From contig DASXJV010000034.1 of the NCBI GenBank assembly GCA_036497205.1, positions 1-45,422 on the forward strand: a DNA stretch of 45,422 nt. The letters are read 5' to 3'. Below the pieces are notes generated by a model. That model searched no databases and was not told where the DNA came from. It saw only the letters and a list, made by a program, of their open reading frames with translations. Within the stretch, counting starts at the first letter, position 1. Every line of letters starts with the position of its first letter. Both the position numbers and the translations under genes were made by a program. This stretch comes from Bradyrhizobium sp. (GTDB taxonomy: Bacteria > Pseudomonadota > Alphaproteobacteria > Rhizobiales > Xanthobacteraceae). Below are positions 1-9,409 of the stretch, in pieces.

Positions 1-1413
1 TCCAAGACCAACGACAACGCGGGCGATGGCACCACCACCGCCACCGTGCTCGCGCAGGCGATCGTGCGGGAAGGCGGCAAATCGGTTGCCGCCGGCATGA
101 ACCCGATGGACCTGAAACGCGGTATCGAAATTGCGGTGAATGCCGTGGTCAAGGACCTCGAGAAGCGCGCCAAGCCGGTCGCCTCGTCATCCGAAATCGC
201 ACAGGTCGGCACCATCTCGTCCAATGGCGACGCGGCGATCGGCAAGATGATCGCCCAGGCCATGCAGAAGGTCGGCAATGAAGGCGTCATCACCGTCGAG
301 GAGAACAAGTCGCTCGAAACCGAAGTCGACATCGTCGAGGGCATGAAATTCGACCGCGGCTATCTGTCGCCCTATTTCATCACCAACGCCGAGAAAATGA
401 CCGCCGAGCTTGAGGACGTCTACGTGCTGCTGCACGAGAAGAAACTGGCCGGCCTGCAGTCGATGCTGCCGGTGCTCGAGGCCGTGGTGCAGTCGGGCCG
501 CCCGCTGCTGATCATCGCGGAAGACGTCGAGGGCGAGGCTTTGGCAACGCTGGTCGTCAACCGTCTGCGCGGTGGCCTGAAGGTCGCCGCCGTCAAGGCG
601 CCCGGCTTCGGCGATCGCCGCAAGGCGATGCTGGAAGACATCGCGATCCTGACCGGCGGTCAGCTGATCTCCGATGAACTCGGCATGAAGCTCGAAAGCG
701 TGACGGTCAACATGCTCGGCCGCGCCCGCAAGGTCGTGATCGACAAGGAAAACACCACGATCGTCAACGGCGCCGGCAAGAAGAAGGACATCGAAGCCCG
801 CGTCGGCCAGATCAAGGCGCAGATCGAGGAGACCACCTCGGACTACGACCGCGAGAAGCTGCAGGAGCGTCTCGCCAAGCTCGCTGGCGGCGTCGCGATC
901 ATTCGCGTCGGCGGCGCGACCGAGATCGAGGTGAAAGAGAAAAAAGATCGCGTCGAGGACGCCCTCAACGCAACCCGTGCCGCCGTGCAGGAGGGCATCG
1001 TGCCGGGCGGAGGCGTCGCGCTGCTGCGCGCCAAGAAGGCCGTCGGCCGCATCACCAGCGACAATCCCGATGTCCAGGCCGGCATCAATATCGTGCTGAA
1101 AGCGCTGGAAGCCCCGGTCCGGCAGATCGCCGAAAACGCCGGTGTTGAAGGCTCGATCGTCATCGGCAAGATCCTTGAGAACAAGTCGGAGACTTTCGGC
1201 TTCGATGCGCAGACCGAAGAATATGTCGACATGGTCGCCAAGGGCATCATCGACCCTGCCAAGGTGGTACGCACCGCGCTGCAGGACGCTTCTTCCGTTG
1301 GCGCGCTTTTGATAACGACGGAAGCCATGGTCGCCGAACGGCCGAAGGAACCGGCGCCGGCTATGCCCGGCGGTGGCGGCGGCATGGGTGGAATGGGCGG
1401 AATGGGCTTCTAA
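1..1413 (+). CDS. groEL: Chaperonin GroEL, 5'-truncated by the window edge
   Basis: Frame is open from base 1 ([19 protein letters not shown], containing the GDGTTT motif); also [18 protein letters not shown] and a C-terminal GGM tail. Confidence 0.98.
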   Translation, partial: SKTNDNAGDGTTTATVLAQAIVREGGKSVAAGMNPMDLKRGIEIAVNAVVKDLEKRAKPVASSSEIAQVGTISSNGDAAIGKMIAQAMQKVGNEGVITVEENKSLETEVDIVEGMKFDRGYLSPYFITNAEKMTAELEDVYVLLHEKKLAGLQSMLPVLEAVVQSGRPLLIIAEDVEGEALATLVVNRLRGGLKVAAVKAPGFGDRRKAMLEDIAILTGGQLISDELGMKLESVTVNMLGRARKVVIDKENTTIVNGAGKKKDIEARVGQIKAQIEETTSDYDREKLQERLAKLAGGVAIIRVGGATEIEVKEKKDRVEDALNATRAAVQEGIVPGGGVALLRAKKAVGRITSDNPDVQAGINIVLKALEAPVRQIAENAGVEGSIVIGKILENKSETFGFDAQTEEYVDMVAKGIIDPAKVVRTALQDASSVGALLITTEAMVAERPKEPAPAMPGGGGGMGGMGGMGF

Positions 1414-1444
1414 GACCGGCCTGCTATTGACATGATCCATCGAC

Positions 1445-1473
1445 GAAGGCCGCCTCCGGGCGGCCTTCTTTTT
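1445..1473 (+). terminator. Rho-independent terminator of groEL
   Basis: GAAGGCCGCC-TCCG-GGCGGCCTTC perfect 10-bp stem followed by TTTTT. Confidence 0.9.
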
Positions 1474-1572
1474 GGCGAATTGTGGAGAGGTTTGCTAAGG
1501 CTTTGTTCCGATTCGGCCGGAATCGAAAAAGCCCTACGGTGCCGCCCGATTTGGTCTTTCGAGGACTTTCAC

Positions 1573-2769
1573 ATGCGCGCGCTTCTGCTCTGCCTGATCG
1601 GCCTGATGACGGCGTCGTCGGATATCGCCTTCGCTCAAATGAAGCTTTCTCCGAAAGCCGCGCCGGCCGCCAACGAAGTCAGGTATTTCACCTCCATCGA
1701 TGGGTTGATGGACGGCAATGCCGACGTCGTCCTCAAGGAAACCCGCCAGGGCAAGACCGTCACTTCGGCGGTGCTCGACGTTTGTTACCCGGCTGAGAAA
1801 GGCTCCGATCGCAAGGACCGCTTTGTCGCCAACCTCGCGGTCAACGGTCAGACCTTGACCGGCACCACGCAGAGCATCAGTGAAAAATTGCCCGTTACGG
1901 TGAAACTCGTGCGCAAGCCGACCGGCGACACCTTCGAATTCAAGGGCCAGATCGGCATCGGCCAGACCGTGACGGAAGTGATCTCGACCGACAATTCCGA
2001 TCTCAGTGAAAAGGAATTTCACGACAACCAGACAACCGATGACGGTATCGCGGCCGCGCCAAAGGATTTTACCGAGGTTTCTCCGGAATCGATTGGAGTG
2101 CGGGTAAAGCTGGACGCGGCGGTGGAGTTCCTAAAGGGGTTGAAGGGGCAAGACGTCGAGGTTTCCCTGAGCAGCCTCACCGTCTCCTGCGATGCGCTGC
2201 GCGCCGGCGAGCAGACGATCAACATCAGCATCGATCCGGATCGCGCCGCCGCGCTGATTGCGAAGTCCAAGTTGTTGCCTGGCGTGGTCGCCGCCGGCTG
2301 GACCAGCGGCATCGTCGATATGGAGCGCTCGATCCGTTTCGCGGCCGCCGACTGGCGGGACGGCGACAGACTCAATAAGGACAAGCTTGCGGCGAGGATT
2401 TCCGACGTCCTGGCAAAAACGCTTTCGGCGAAAGCGTCGTCGTCGACATGGAATGCCAATACCGGAAAGCTGAAATTGACGTTCAAGCGGCCAAGCCAGC
2501 TATTCCCCGCGCTCGGCCTCACCGAGACAATCGAGGTCCCCGCCCTGGTGGCGCCGGACAAGCCCGGCGCGTCCGACCGGCTGATGCTGTGGATCGGTAA
2601 TCCGCTCATTTCGACGACGGACGAAGCCGCGGGCCCAAAGCTCAACCTGGCCGAGGAGTCCAGCGGCGACGAGGAAGGCGAGCCAAAGGACGACAACGGC
2701 TCTGTCGATGCGCTGGCGAAGGAATTCAAGGGCCAGCGCTGGGACCTAGATAAATCGGTCTGGAAATAA
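1573..2769 (+). CDS. Exported hypothetical protein (398 aa)
   Basis: GAGGA RBS before ATG 1573; signal peptide MRALLLCLIGLMTASSDIAFA-Q; typical GC3 codon bias. The longer ORF start at 1432 would run through the groEL terminator. Confidence 0.85.
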   Translation: MRALLLCLIGLMTASSDIAFAQMKLSPKAAPAANEVRYFTSIDGLMDGNADVVLKETRQGKTVTSAVLDVCYPAEKGSDRKDRFVANLAVNGQTLTGTTQSISEKLPVTVKLVRKPTGDTFEFKGQIGIGQTVTEVISTDNSDLSEKEFHDNQTTDDGIAAAPKDFTEVSPESIGVRVKLDAAVEFLKGLKGQDVEVSLSSLTVSCDALRAGEQTINISIDPDRAAALIAKSKLLPGVVAAGWTSGIVDMERSIRFAAADWRDGDRLNKDKLAARISDVLAKTLSAKASSSTWNANTGKLKLTFKRPSQLFPALGLTETIEVPALVAPDKPGASDRLMLWIGNPLISTTDEAAGPKLNLAEESSGDEEGEPKDDNGSVDALAKEFKGQRWDLDKSVWK

Positions 2770-2901
2770 GGCCGTTTTTCTGTCGATCTCGGGTAGCTCG
2801 CGACGCACCCGCTCCATGCATTCGCGCATTTGACATGCCGCGCCATAGCGGCAATGAACAGGCCGTATTTGGCCCAAGAGCTTTCAGGGTTTCACGTTTA
2901 A

Positions 2902-4446
2902 ATGGCGCGCTATGACGTAGTGGTTATCGGCGCCGGCCTTGGAGGCTTGACGGCCGGCGCGATCCTGGCGCGCGCGGGACGCAAGGTCCTGGTCATCGAG
3001 CGCAGCAACTCAGTGGGCGGCGCGGCATCGAGCTACAAGTCCGGCGACCTGTTCGTCGAAGGCTCGCTGCACGAAACCAGCGATCCGTACGATCCTCGCG
3101 ATCCGAAACACAGCGTGCTGACGCGCGCGGGTGTCATCGACGCCGTAGAATGGATTCCCTGCGGCGCCTTTTACGAAGCGCGCGGCGGCCCGCTCGGCCA
3201 GCCGTTTGTGATGCCGAACAATTTCGATGCAGCAAAGCGCGCGCTGACCGAGCGTTTCCCTGAAGCCCGTGCCGGCATCCATCAACTGTTGGGAGAAATG
3301 GAACGCATTGCGTCCGCCATGGGCACGCTCTCACAGCGCGCGAACGGTTTCAGAAACCCGCGCGAAACTCTCGGCGCTCTGCTGAAACTGGTTCCCGCCG
3401 TCGGCGACTGGCGGCTGTCGCTGTCGCAAAAGCTCGATCGTATCCTCGGCGACAACGAAGCCGTCAAATGCGCTGTCGCGGCCAATCTCTCTTATTATCA
3501 CGACGACCCCGCAACGCTGTGGTGGATCTACTTTGCGATGGCGCAGGGAAGTTACTTGCTGAACGGCGGGCGTTTCGTGCAAGGCGGTTCGCAACGGCTC
3601 TCCAGCGCGCTCGGCCGCGCCATCAGAGGGGCCGGCGGAGAGCTGCTGGTGCGCCGGGTCGTGAACGGCATTGCCCTGGACCAGCAGGGTCGCGCCGGCA
3701 CCGTTACGCACACCGCGCGCGACGGTAGCGATCCACAGGTCGTGGAAGGCCTGCGGATCGTCGGCAATGCCGCACCCGCGGTGCTCGCAGCGTTGATGCC
3801 TCAACCGGCCGCGGAAAAGCTGACGGAGAGCTACACCAAGCGGGCACCGTCTATTTCGCTGTTCGCGCTCACGCTCGGCCTGTCGAAACCGCCGCGAGAA
3901 TTCGGGATATCAGCCTATTCCACCCAATTGCTGCCGCGCGAGATGAAACGGCTGTCCGCCTATGCGCAAGGCGCGGCGCTGATGGCGAATGAGCCCGGCG
4001 AACGAATGCCGCCAATGTCCATTGTCGATTACGCCGCGATCGATTCCGGAGTTCCCGTTCCGCCCTATGTACTCTCGATCCTTGGCCCTGACCTCTTGTC
4101 GAACTGGGACAGTTCGGACATGGACGCCTATCGCGAGAAGCGCGGGCGATGGCAGGAGGCGATCGTCCGCTATCTCTCTTCGTTTTATCCTGATCTCGCC
4201 GACAACGTCGTCGCGTCGTCTTTCAATACCGCATTGTCGGTCCGGCAATATCTCAATGCGCCCGGCGGCGCGGTCTATGGCTTTGCGCCGACGCCGCCTC
4301 GCTCGATCTGGCGCGCCCCTGTCGGCTCGCCGCGCACATCAATACCGGGCCTTTATCTGGCATCAGCCTATGCAGGCTTCGGCGGCTATTCCGGCGTTGT
4401 GCAATCCGCCGGCGCCTGCGCCGACATGATCTTGCGCGAGAACTGA
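2902..4446 (+). CDS. FAD-dependent oxidoreductase, phytoene desaturase (CrtI/COG1233) family
   Basis: N-terminal DVVVIGAGLGGL..E dinucleotide-binding fold with VGG motif; C-terminal GGAVYG and IPGLYLASA motifs. Confidence 0.85.
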   Translation: MARYDVVVIGAGLGGLTAGAILARAGRKVLVIERSNSVGGAASSYKSGDLFVEGSLHETSDPYDPRDPKHSVLTRAGVIDAVEWIPCGAFYEARGGPLGQPFVMPNNFDAAKRALTERFPEARAGIHQLLGEMERIASAMGTLSQRANGFRNPRETLGALLKLVPAVGDWRLSLSQKLDRILGDNEAVKCAVAANLSYYHDDPATLWWIYFAMAQGSYLLNGGRFVQGGSQRLSSALGRAIRGAGGELLVRRVVNGIALDQQGRAGTVTHTARDGSDPQVVEGLRIVGNAAPAVLAALMPQPAAEKLTESYTKRAPSISLFALTLGLSKPPREFGISAYSTQLLPREMKRLSAYAQGAALMANEPGERMPPMSIVDYAAIDSGVPVPPYVLSILGPDLLSNWDSSDMDAYREKRGRWQEAIVRYLSSFYPDLADNVVASSFNTALSVRQYLNAPGGAVYGFAPTPPRSIWRAPVGSPRTSIPGLYLASAYAGFGGYSGVVQSAGACADMILREN

Positions 4447-4653
4447 GCATGATCCGGAAAAGTGGAAACCGGTTTTCCCTCGGGACAAACGCGAAGCGTT
4501 TGCCCGGAGATCATGCAAAACAATAGGATAACGCCAGATTCTGATCCAACTCATATCAGTTGAATCAAACTCTGGCGCGTTTTCGAGCGAAGGCCTGCCC
4601 CGGACACGATCCGGGATGGATACCGGTTCGCGTTAAGAAAAGGCGTCAAAACA
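4445..4653. repeat. Composite palindromic intergenic repeat cluster (Rhizobiales RIME/BRU-RS-like)
   Basis: GCATGATC (4447-4454)...GATCATGC (4509-4516) enclosing GGAAAAGTGGAAACCGGTTTTCC and an internal hairpin; second hairpin CGCCAGA..CAACT..AGTTG..TCTGGCG (4532-4577); third unit GCGTTTTCGAGCGAAG..TGGATACCGGTTCGCGTTAAGAAAAGGCGTCAAAACA. Confidence 0.8.
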
Positions 4654-4667
4654 TAGGGCTCAGGATT

Positions 4668-5084
4668 TCAGTTGGTATTGAGACGGAATCGCAGCGGTTT
4701 GGTTCCGAGGAACGAAACGAAATCGCCCTGCCGCTTCCAAGTGGCGGCCTCGCTCAGCGCCGCGACCAGTTCATCGTCAGCCTGCGCCCGTGCCGGCGGA
4801 CAGGCACGGTCCTGCAACGGACCGGCGACAAAAATCACGGTATTGCCCGCGACTGAAAACTGACCCTTGCCGCCCTTGCACCACAGTTCGAGTATCGCCT
4901 CTCCGCTGTCCCCTATCTCCAGCGTCGGCAGCCGCTTCGATCCGGTCTGATGTGCCGCATCCAGCGTCATCTCCAAACCAAACGGGAACCCATCATCGGC
5001 GCAAGCCGGAACGACATTGAAGAACGCCGCGGCCAGGACCAGCATGATCGTGGCCAGCCTCACAAAACAATTCGCTCGAAACAT
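4668..5084 (-). CDS. META-domain (HslJ-like) exported protein
   Basis: GAGGGG RBS, signal peptide, WCKGGKGQF...ACPP..AQADDELVAALS pattern with the two conserved META cysteines. Confidence 0.75.
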   Translation of the reverse strand: MFRANCFVRLATIMLVLAAAFFNVVPACADDGFPFGLEMTLDAAHQTGSKRLPTLEIGDSGEAILELWCKGGKGQFSVAGNTVIFVAGPLQDRACPPARAQADDELVAALSEAATWKRQGDFVSFLGTKPLRFRLNTN

Positions 5085-5114
5085 GCAGCCCCTCGAAACA
5101 TCCCGGCGCGTTGT

Positions 5115-5219
5115 TCTAGAGCCTTTTCCGTTTCGATTGAATCGAAACGAGGCTCTAGATTCTTGATTTGACGCGTTTTCTTAACGCGAACCGGTCTCCA
5201 CTTCGCTTGAAACGCTCTA
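5115..5219. repeat. Palindromic intergenic repeat of the same family as 4577-4653, in inverted orientation
   Basis: TCTAGAGCCT..CGTTTCGATT-G-AATCGAAACG-AGGCTCTAGA hairpin; 5167-5195 is the reverse complement of 4622-4650 (28/29 identical). Confidence 0.85.
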
Positions 5220-5273
5220 TTCGGCAAGTGTGACATTTACCAGATTGGCCGCCGCAAAAATTGCAGGCCCCAC

Positions 5274-5309
5274 AAAAAAATCCCCGCGGGCCATCGGCCG
5301 CGGGGATTT
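5274..5309 (-). terminator. Rho-independent terminator of the lactate permease gene
   Basis: AAATCCCCGCGG / CCGCGGGGATTT stem with an A7 run on the plus strand (U tract on minus), 26 nt after the stop. Confidence 0.85.
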
Positions 5310-5334
5310 CGTCCGTGTCTTCAGGACTGGTCGC

Positions 5335-6999
5335 TTACTTCAGCACCATCGCCGTAAACGGATAGACATAGGCCTGCAGCATCACGAGAACGCCGACAAG
5401 GCACGCCAGCACGATGGAATGCTTGAACACGTAACGCAAGATCGTGCCTTCGTGTCCATACCAGTTGGTCGCGGTGGAGGCGACGACGATCGACTGCGCG
5501 TCGATCATCTTGCCCATCACGCCGCCTGACGAGTTGGCGGCGCCCATCAGGACCGACGAGAGGCCCAGCTGCTCCGAGGTGATTTTCTGCAGATTGCCGA
5601 ACAGAATGTTGGACGCCGTATCCGATCCGGTCAGCGCTACGCCCAACCAGCCGAGCAGCGTGCCGAAGAAAGGATACAACACGCCGGACGCAGCGAACGC
5701 GAGACCCAGTGTCGCATCGACGCCGGAGAGGCGCGTCAGCGTGCCGATCGCTAGCATCGCCGAGATCGTGATCAGCGAAATCGCGCACAGCTTGATGGTG
5801 CGGCCATACTCCGCAATCATCTTGGCTGGCGAGAAGCCCATCAGGAAGCCGGACACAATCGCAGCGATCAGCATGCCCGTTCCGGTGAACGACAGGTACG
5901 TAAACCCGAATACCGCAGCTTCCGGCGTCGGCTTCGCCGCCACCGGCGGTACCTTGTTGATCATATTGTGCAGATCGGGAACGGGATAATTCCAGGTAAA
6001 GATTGAGTTTGCCCAGGTCTTGAACGCGCCGTTACCCCAGATCAGCATCACGATGCAGACGATGATCCATGGCAGCAGTGCGCTCCAGAGTTCCGGCGGG
6101 GTTAGCGGTGTCTTGTCCATGGACTTCGCCGCCGTCATCGTCGCGGCCGATTCGTCTCTGCCGCGCAACGCCGGCGACAGCCAGAGCTGCCTCGGCTGCC
6201 AGACTTTCAGGAACAGGATGAGGCAGCCCATCGAAATCAGCGATGCGCCGATATCGACGATCCAGGGGTTGATGTAGTTCGAGATGACGAACTGCGGGAT
6301 CGCGAACGACACGCCGGTGACGAGAATGGCCGGCCAGACGTCCTTCATGCCTTTCCAGCCGGCGAACGCCCACACCACCCAGAACGGTACGATCAGGGAA
6401 AAGACTGGCAACTGCCGTCCGACCATCGCACCGAGAATATAGGGATCGAGGCCGGTCACCGAAGCGAGGCCCTGGATCGGCGTGCCGAGCGCACCATAGG
6501 CAACGGGGGCAGTATTGGCGATCAGAGACAGGCCGGAGGCGGCCAGCGGCGAGAAACCGAGGCCGATCAAGACTGCGCCGGTGATCGCGACAGGCGTTCC
6601 GAAGCCGGAGGCCCCCTCGAAAAATGCGCCGAATGCAAACGCGATCAGCAGTAATTGCAGTCGCCGGTCCTCGGTGACGCCTCCGATGGCGCGCTTCAGC
6701 AGCTCGAATCGTCCGGTCTCGACCGTGATGCGATAAAGGAAAATGACGTTAAGCACGATCCAGCCGATTGGGAAGAAGCCGACCACCACGCCGAGCAGTG
6801 ACGCCTTGACCGACATAGCGGCAGGCATGGTGTAGATAAAAATCGCGATGATATTGGCGACGATCAACGCGACGAGGGCCGCGATGTGCGCCTTGACCTT
6901 GCCGCTGGCAATCAGCACTAGAAGCGTGACGACAGGAATTGCGGCCGCAATGGTCGACAGCGTCGCATTGCCCAGCGGGTTATAGATTTGATTCCACAT
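5335..6999 (-). CDS. lldP: L-lactate/glycolate permease (LctP family, LldP/GlcA-like)
   Basis: FFEGASGFGTP, ANTAPVAYGALGTP, LTGSDTASN and GGVMGKMI motifs; GGAGG RBS before ATG 6999 (MWNQIYNP). Confidence 0.9.
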   Translation of the reverse strand: MWNQIYNPLGNATLSTIAAAIPVVTLLVLIASGKVKAHIAALVALIVANIIAIFIYTMPAAMSVKASLLGVVVGFFPIGWIVLNVIFLYRITVETGRFELLKRAIGGVTEDRRLQLLLIAFAFGAFFEGASGFGTPVAITGAVLIGLGFSPLAASGLSLIANTAPVAYGALGTPIQGLASVTGLDPYILGAMVGRQLPVFSLIVPFWVVWAFAGWKGMKDVWPAILVTGVSFAIPQFVISNYINPWIVDIGASLISMGCLILFLKVWQPRQLWLSPALRGRDESAATMTAAKSMDKTPLTPPELWSALLPWIIVCIVMLIWGNGAFKTWANSIFTWNYPVPDLHNMINKVPPVAAKPTPEAAVFGFTYLSFTGTGMLIAAIVSGFLMGFSPAKMIAEYGRTIKLCAISLITISAMLAIGTLTRLSGVDATLGLAFAASGVLYPFFGTLLGWLGVALTGSDTASNILFGNLQKITSEQLGLSSVLMGAANSSGGVMGKMIDAQSIVVASTATNWYGHEGTILRYVFKHSIVLACLVGVLVMLQAYVYPFTAMVLK

Positions 7000-7223
7000 T
7001 GCGGTTCCTCCCCACGCCATTAAGTAGCGCGCCGACCAGCGTGGACGGTCAGGCGTGCCTGGTGTGTCGCGGAGTGTCTTTGCAAATGCGCGAATCCGCC
7101 GCGAATTTGGCTTAGCAAAGTCTGCTCACAACCTCGCGAAGTGTGAAGGTCCCCCGCCCCTCGCCGTTACGCCATGCTAGGATTGACTCGGAGGCTGCGA
7201 CAAGCCACCGCAGACCAGGAAAC

Positions 7224-7240
7224 TTACGACTTTAGTCTAA
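7224..7240. promoter_or_regulatory. Candidate response-regulator site GAC-N4-GTC (CrbR-like)
   Basis: TTACGAC-TTTA-GTCTAA imperfect palindrome between the divergent permease and ABC transporter genes. Confidence 0.35.
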
Positions 7241-7301
7241 TCTCCGAGAGTTCTTCCATTTTTTCAGGCGCTTGAAGCCATCCCCCAGGAGACGGTAATC
7301 T

Positions 7302-9050
7302 GTGAACAACATCCGCTCGACGCTCGCGACCGTATGGCGGATCGCTGCTCCCTATTTCCGTTCCGAGGATAAATTGGCCGGCCGGGCGTTGCTCGCGGCG
7401 GTGATTTCGATCGAACTTTCGCTGGTTTTGATCAACGTTCTGCTGAACCAGTGGAACAATCGTTTTTACAATGCACTTCAGGAGAAAAATTGGGAGGGTT
7501 TCGTCAGGGAAATCGGCATCTTTTCTCTTCTGGCAACGTTCTACATCGCGCTTTCGGTCTATCAGCTTTATCTCAATCAGTGGCTTCAGATCCGCTGGCG
7601 GCGCTGGATGACCAGCACCTATCTCGGCGAATGGCTTCACAACGCCAACCACTATCGAATGCAGCTCCAGGGCGATGCCGCCGACAACCCGGACCAGCGC
7701 ATCACCGACGACGTGAAACTGTTCGTCGATCAAACGCTGAATATTGGCGTCGGGCTTTTGAGTGCAGTTGTGACGCTGGCGTCCTTTGTCGTCATCCTGT
7801 GGGGTCTCTCCGCTGCGTCTCCGTTGCACATTTTCGGCCGCGAATTCGCGATCCCCGGCTATCTCGTATGGGGCGCGTTGATCTATGCCATCTTCGGCAC
7901 GGCACTGACGCAGTGGATCGGCTCACCGCTGGTCAACCTTGATTTCCGACAGCAGCGGTTCGAAGCCGATTTTCGCTTTAACCTGGTTCGGGTGCGCGAA
8001 AACTCCGAACAGATCGCGTTGTTGCAGGGCGAGAGTGCCGAGCGGCAGCGGCTTTCGGAGCGCTTTGGCCGCGTCGTCGACAACTGGTACGCCATCATGC
8101 AGCGGACCAAGCGGCTGTCGGCATTCACGAACAGCTATTCGCAAGCCGCGGTGATTTTCCCCTATATTCTGGTGGCGCCGGCTTATTTTGCGGACAAGAT
8201 CCAACTCGGCGGCATGATGCAGACCGCATCCGCCTTCTCCAGCGTGCAACAGGCGCTGTCGTTTTTCGTTTCGACTTATCGGACGCTGGCGGAATGGCGG
8301 GCCGTTGTCGCGCGTCTCGACGGGTTCGAGATGGCGATCGCCAGCGCCGCATCGCTGGCAAACAAGGCCGACTCGATCGATGTCGTGTCGTCGACCGGCA
8401 GCGATAAAATCCGTCTGGAGCAGCTTCTCGTCAGGTTGCCCAACGGCACGCCGTTAGTCGCGGCTGACAGCTTCAGCATTCGCGGCAATGAGCGCATTTT
8501 GGTCACCGGCCCGTCCGGCGCCGGCAAATCGACCTTGTTCCGCGCCATCGCCGGCGTCTGGCCGTTCGGGAGCGGCTCGATTGCTATCCCTGCAAAAGCC
8601 AAACTGATGATGCTGCCGCAGCGGCCGTATTTTCCAGTCGGTTTGCTAAAGACTGCGATCGTCTACCCTGCGGAAGAGCGCGCGTTCAGTTCGGATTGTG
8701 TCAGCGATGTTCTCATCTCGGTGGGCCTGCCTCAGCTCGCGTCGCAACTGGAGGAAGAAGCGCACTGGAACCGAATGCTCTCTTTGGGCGAGCAACAGCG
8801 CCTTGGGCTCGCACGCGCGCTGTTGCACGCGCCGCAATATCTGTTCCTCGATGAAGCGACCGCTTCGCTCGATGAAGCCTCGGAGGCGGCGCTTTACCGT
8901 CTCCTCGAAGAGAAATTGCCGGCGACCACCATCGTGTCGATCGGTCATCGCAGCACGCTTGAGGCCTTCCACCAACGCAATGTCGCGTTGACCCGTGACG
9001 GCAAGCAATTTGCGCTGCAGAGCCGAAGCGAGGACGCCAAGCCGTCATAA
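7302..9050 (+). CDS. bclA: Fused ABC transporter permease/ATPase, YddA/BclA (BacA-like) family
   Basis: AGGAG RBS and GTG start; DNPDQRI and EADFRFNLVRVRENSEQIA motifs; Walker A GPSGAGKS, LSLGEQQR signature, Walker B YLFLDE. The symbol rests on recalled Bradyrhizobium synteny with glcFED and cycA. Confidence 0.75.
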   Translation: MNNIRSTLATVWRIAAPYFRSEDKLAGRALLAAVISIELSLVLINVLLNQWNNRFYNALQEKNWEGFVREIGIFSLLATFYIALSVYQLYLNQWLQIRWRRWMTSTYLGEWLHNANHYRMQLQGDAADNPDQRITDDVKLFVDQTLNIGVGLLSAVVTLASFVVILWGLSAASPLHIFGREFAIPGYLVWGALIYAIFGTALTQWIGSPLVNLDFRQQRFEADFRFNLVRVRENSEQIALLQGESAERQRLSERFGRVVDNWYAIMQRTKRLSAFTNSYSQAAVIFPYILVAPAYFADKIQLGGMMQTASAFSSVQQALSFFVSTYRTLAEWRAVVARLDGFEMAIASAASLANKADSIDVVSSTGSDKIRLEQLLVRLPNGTPLVAADSFSIRGNERILVTGPSGAGKSTLFRAIAGVWPFGSGSIAIPAKAKLMMLPQRPYFPVGLLKTAIVYPAEERAFSSDCVSDVLISVGLPQLASQLEEEAHWNRMLSLGEQQRLGLARALLHAPQYLFLDEATASLDEASEAALYRLLEEKLPATTIVSIGHRSTLEAFHQRNVALTRDGKQFALQSRSEDAKPS

Positions 9051-9080
9051 AGACACTTGCTTGGCTATTCGCGACGCACG

Positions 9081-9330
9081 CTGCAACCAGCGCTGCGGCC
9101 CCGGCCGGCGACGGTCCATCGGTGCCAAACATAAGGCAAGCGCCGTCAGTAGCACGGCGCCCGCAAGCACCGGCGCGAACAGAAATGACCAGGAAAGGTT
9201 GTTGGAGACCACCAGAGGGGTATTGATCCCTGCCGAGTGTGAAACGCTCCGGTGACAACCGTCGCAAGAATGGCCAATCCAACCGCGGCGTCGACGACGA
9301 TGGCAGCCCCGGGACCTGCGAGGGCTTCCT
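9081..9330 (-). pseudogene. Frameshifted 3' remnant of an HPP-family membrane protein gene
   Basis: AAVGLAILATVVTGAFH / frameshift at 9234-9238 / AGINTPLVVSNNLSWSFLFAPVLAGAVLLTALA / YVWHRW in another frame / RRRPGPQRWL; no intact N-terminus. Confidence 0.65.
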
Positions 9331-9409
9331 CCACCGTGTTGCGCAGACCGATGCGGCAGCACGTGTTCCGCGCCACCCCTGGCCAATCCAGACGCGTTTG
9401 GCTCACCGC

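Noticed and set aside
187-1440. 417-aa minus-strand ORF
   Set aside because: Antisense shadow of groEL.
1432-1572. N-terminal extensions in the ORF track (also for glcF, the aminotransferase, wrbA, TorF and DUF1080)
   Set aside because: They cross terminators, repeats or neighbouring genes; downstream starts have an RBS or stop-start coupling.
4445-5219. Possible CRISPR array or IS element
   Set aside because: No regular repeat-spacer periodicity, no cas genes and no transposase.
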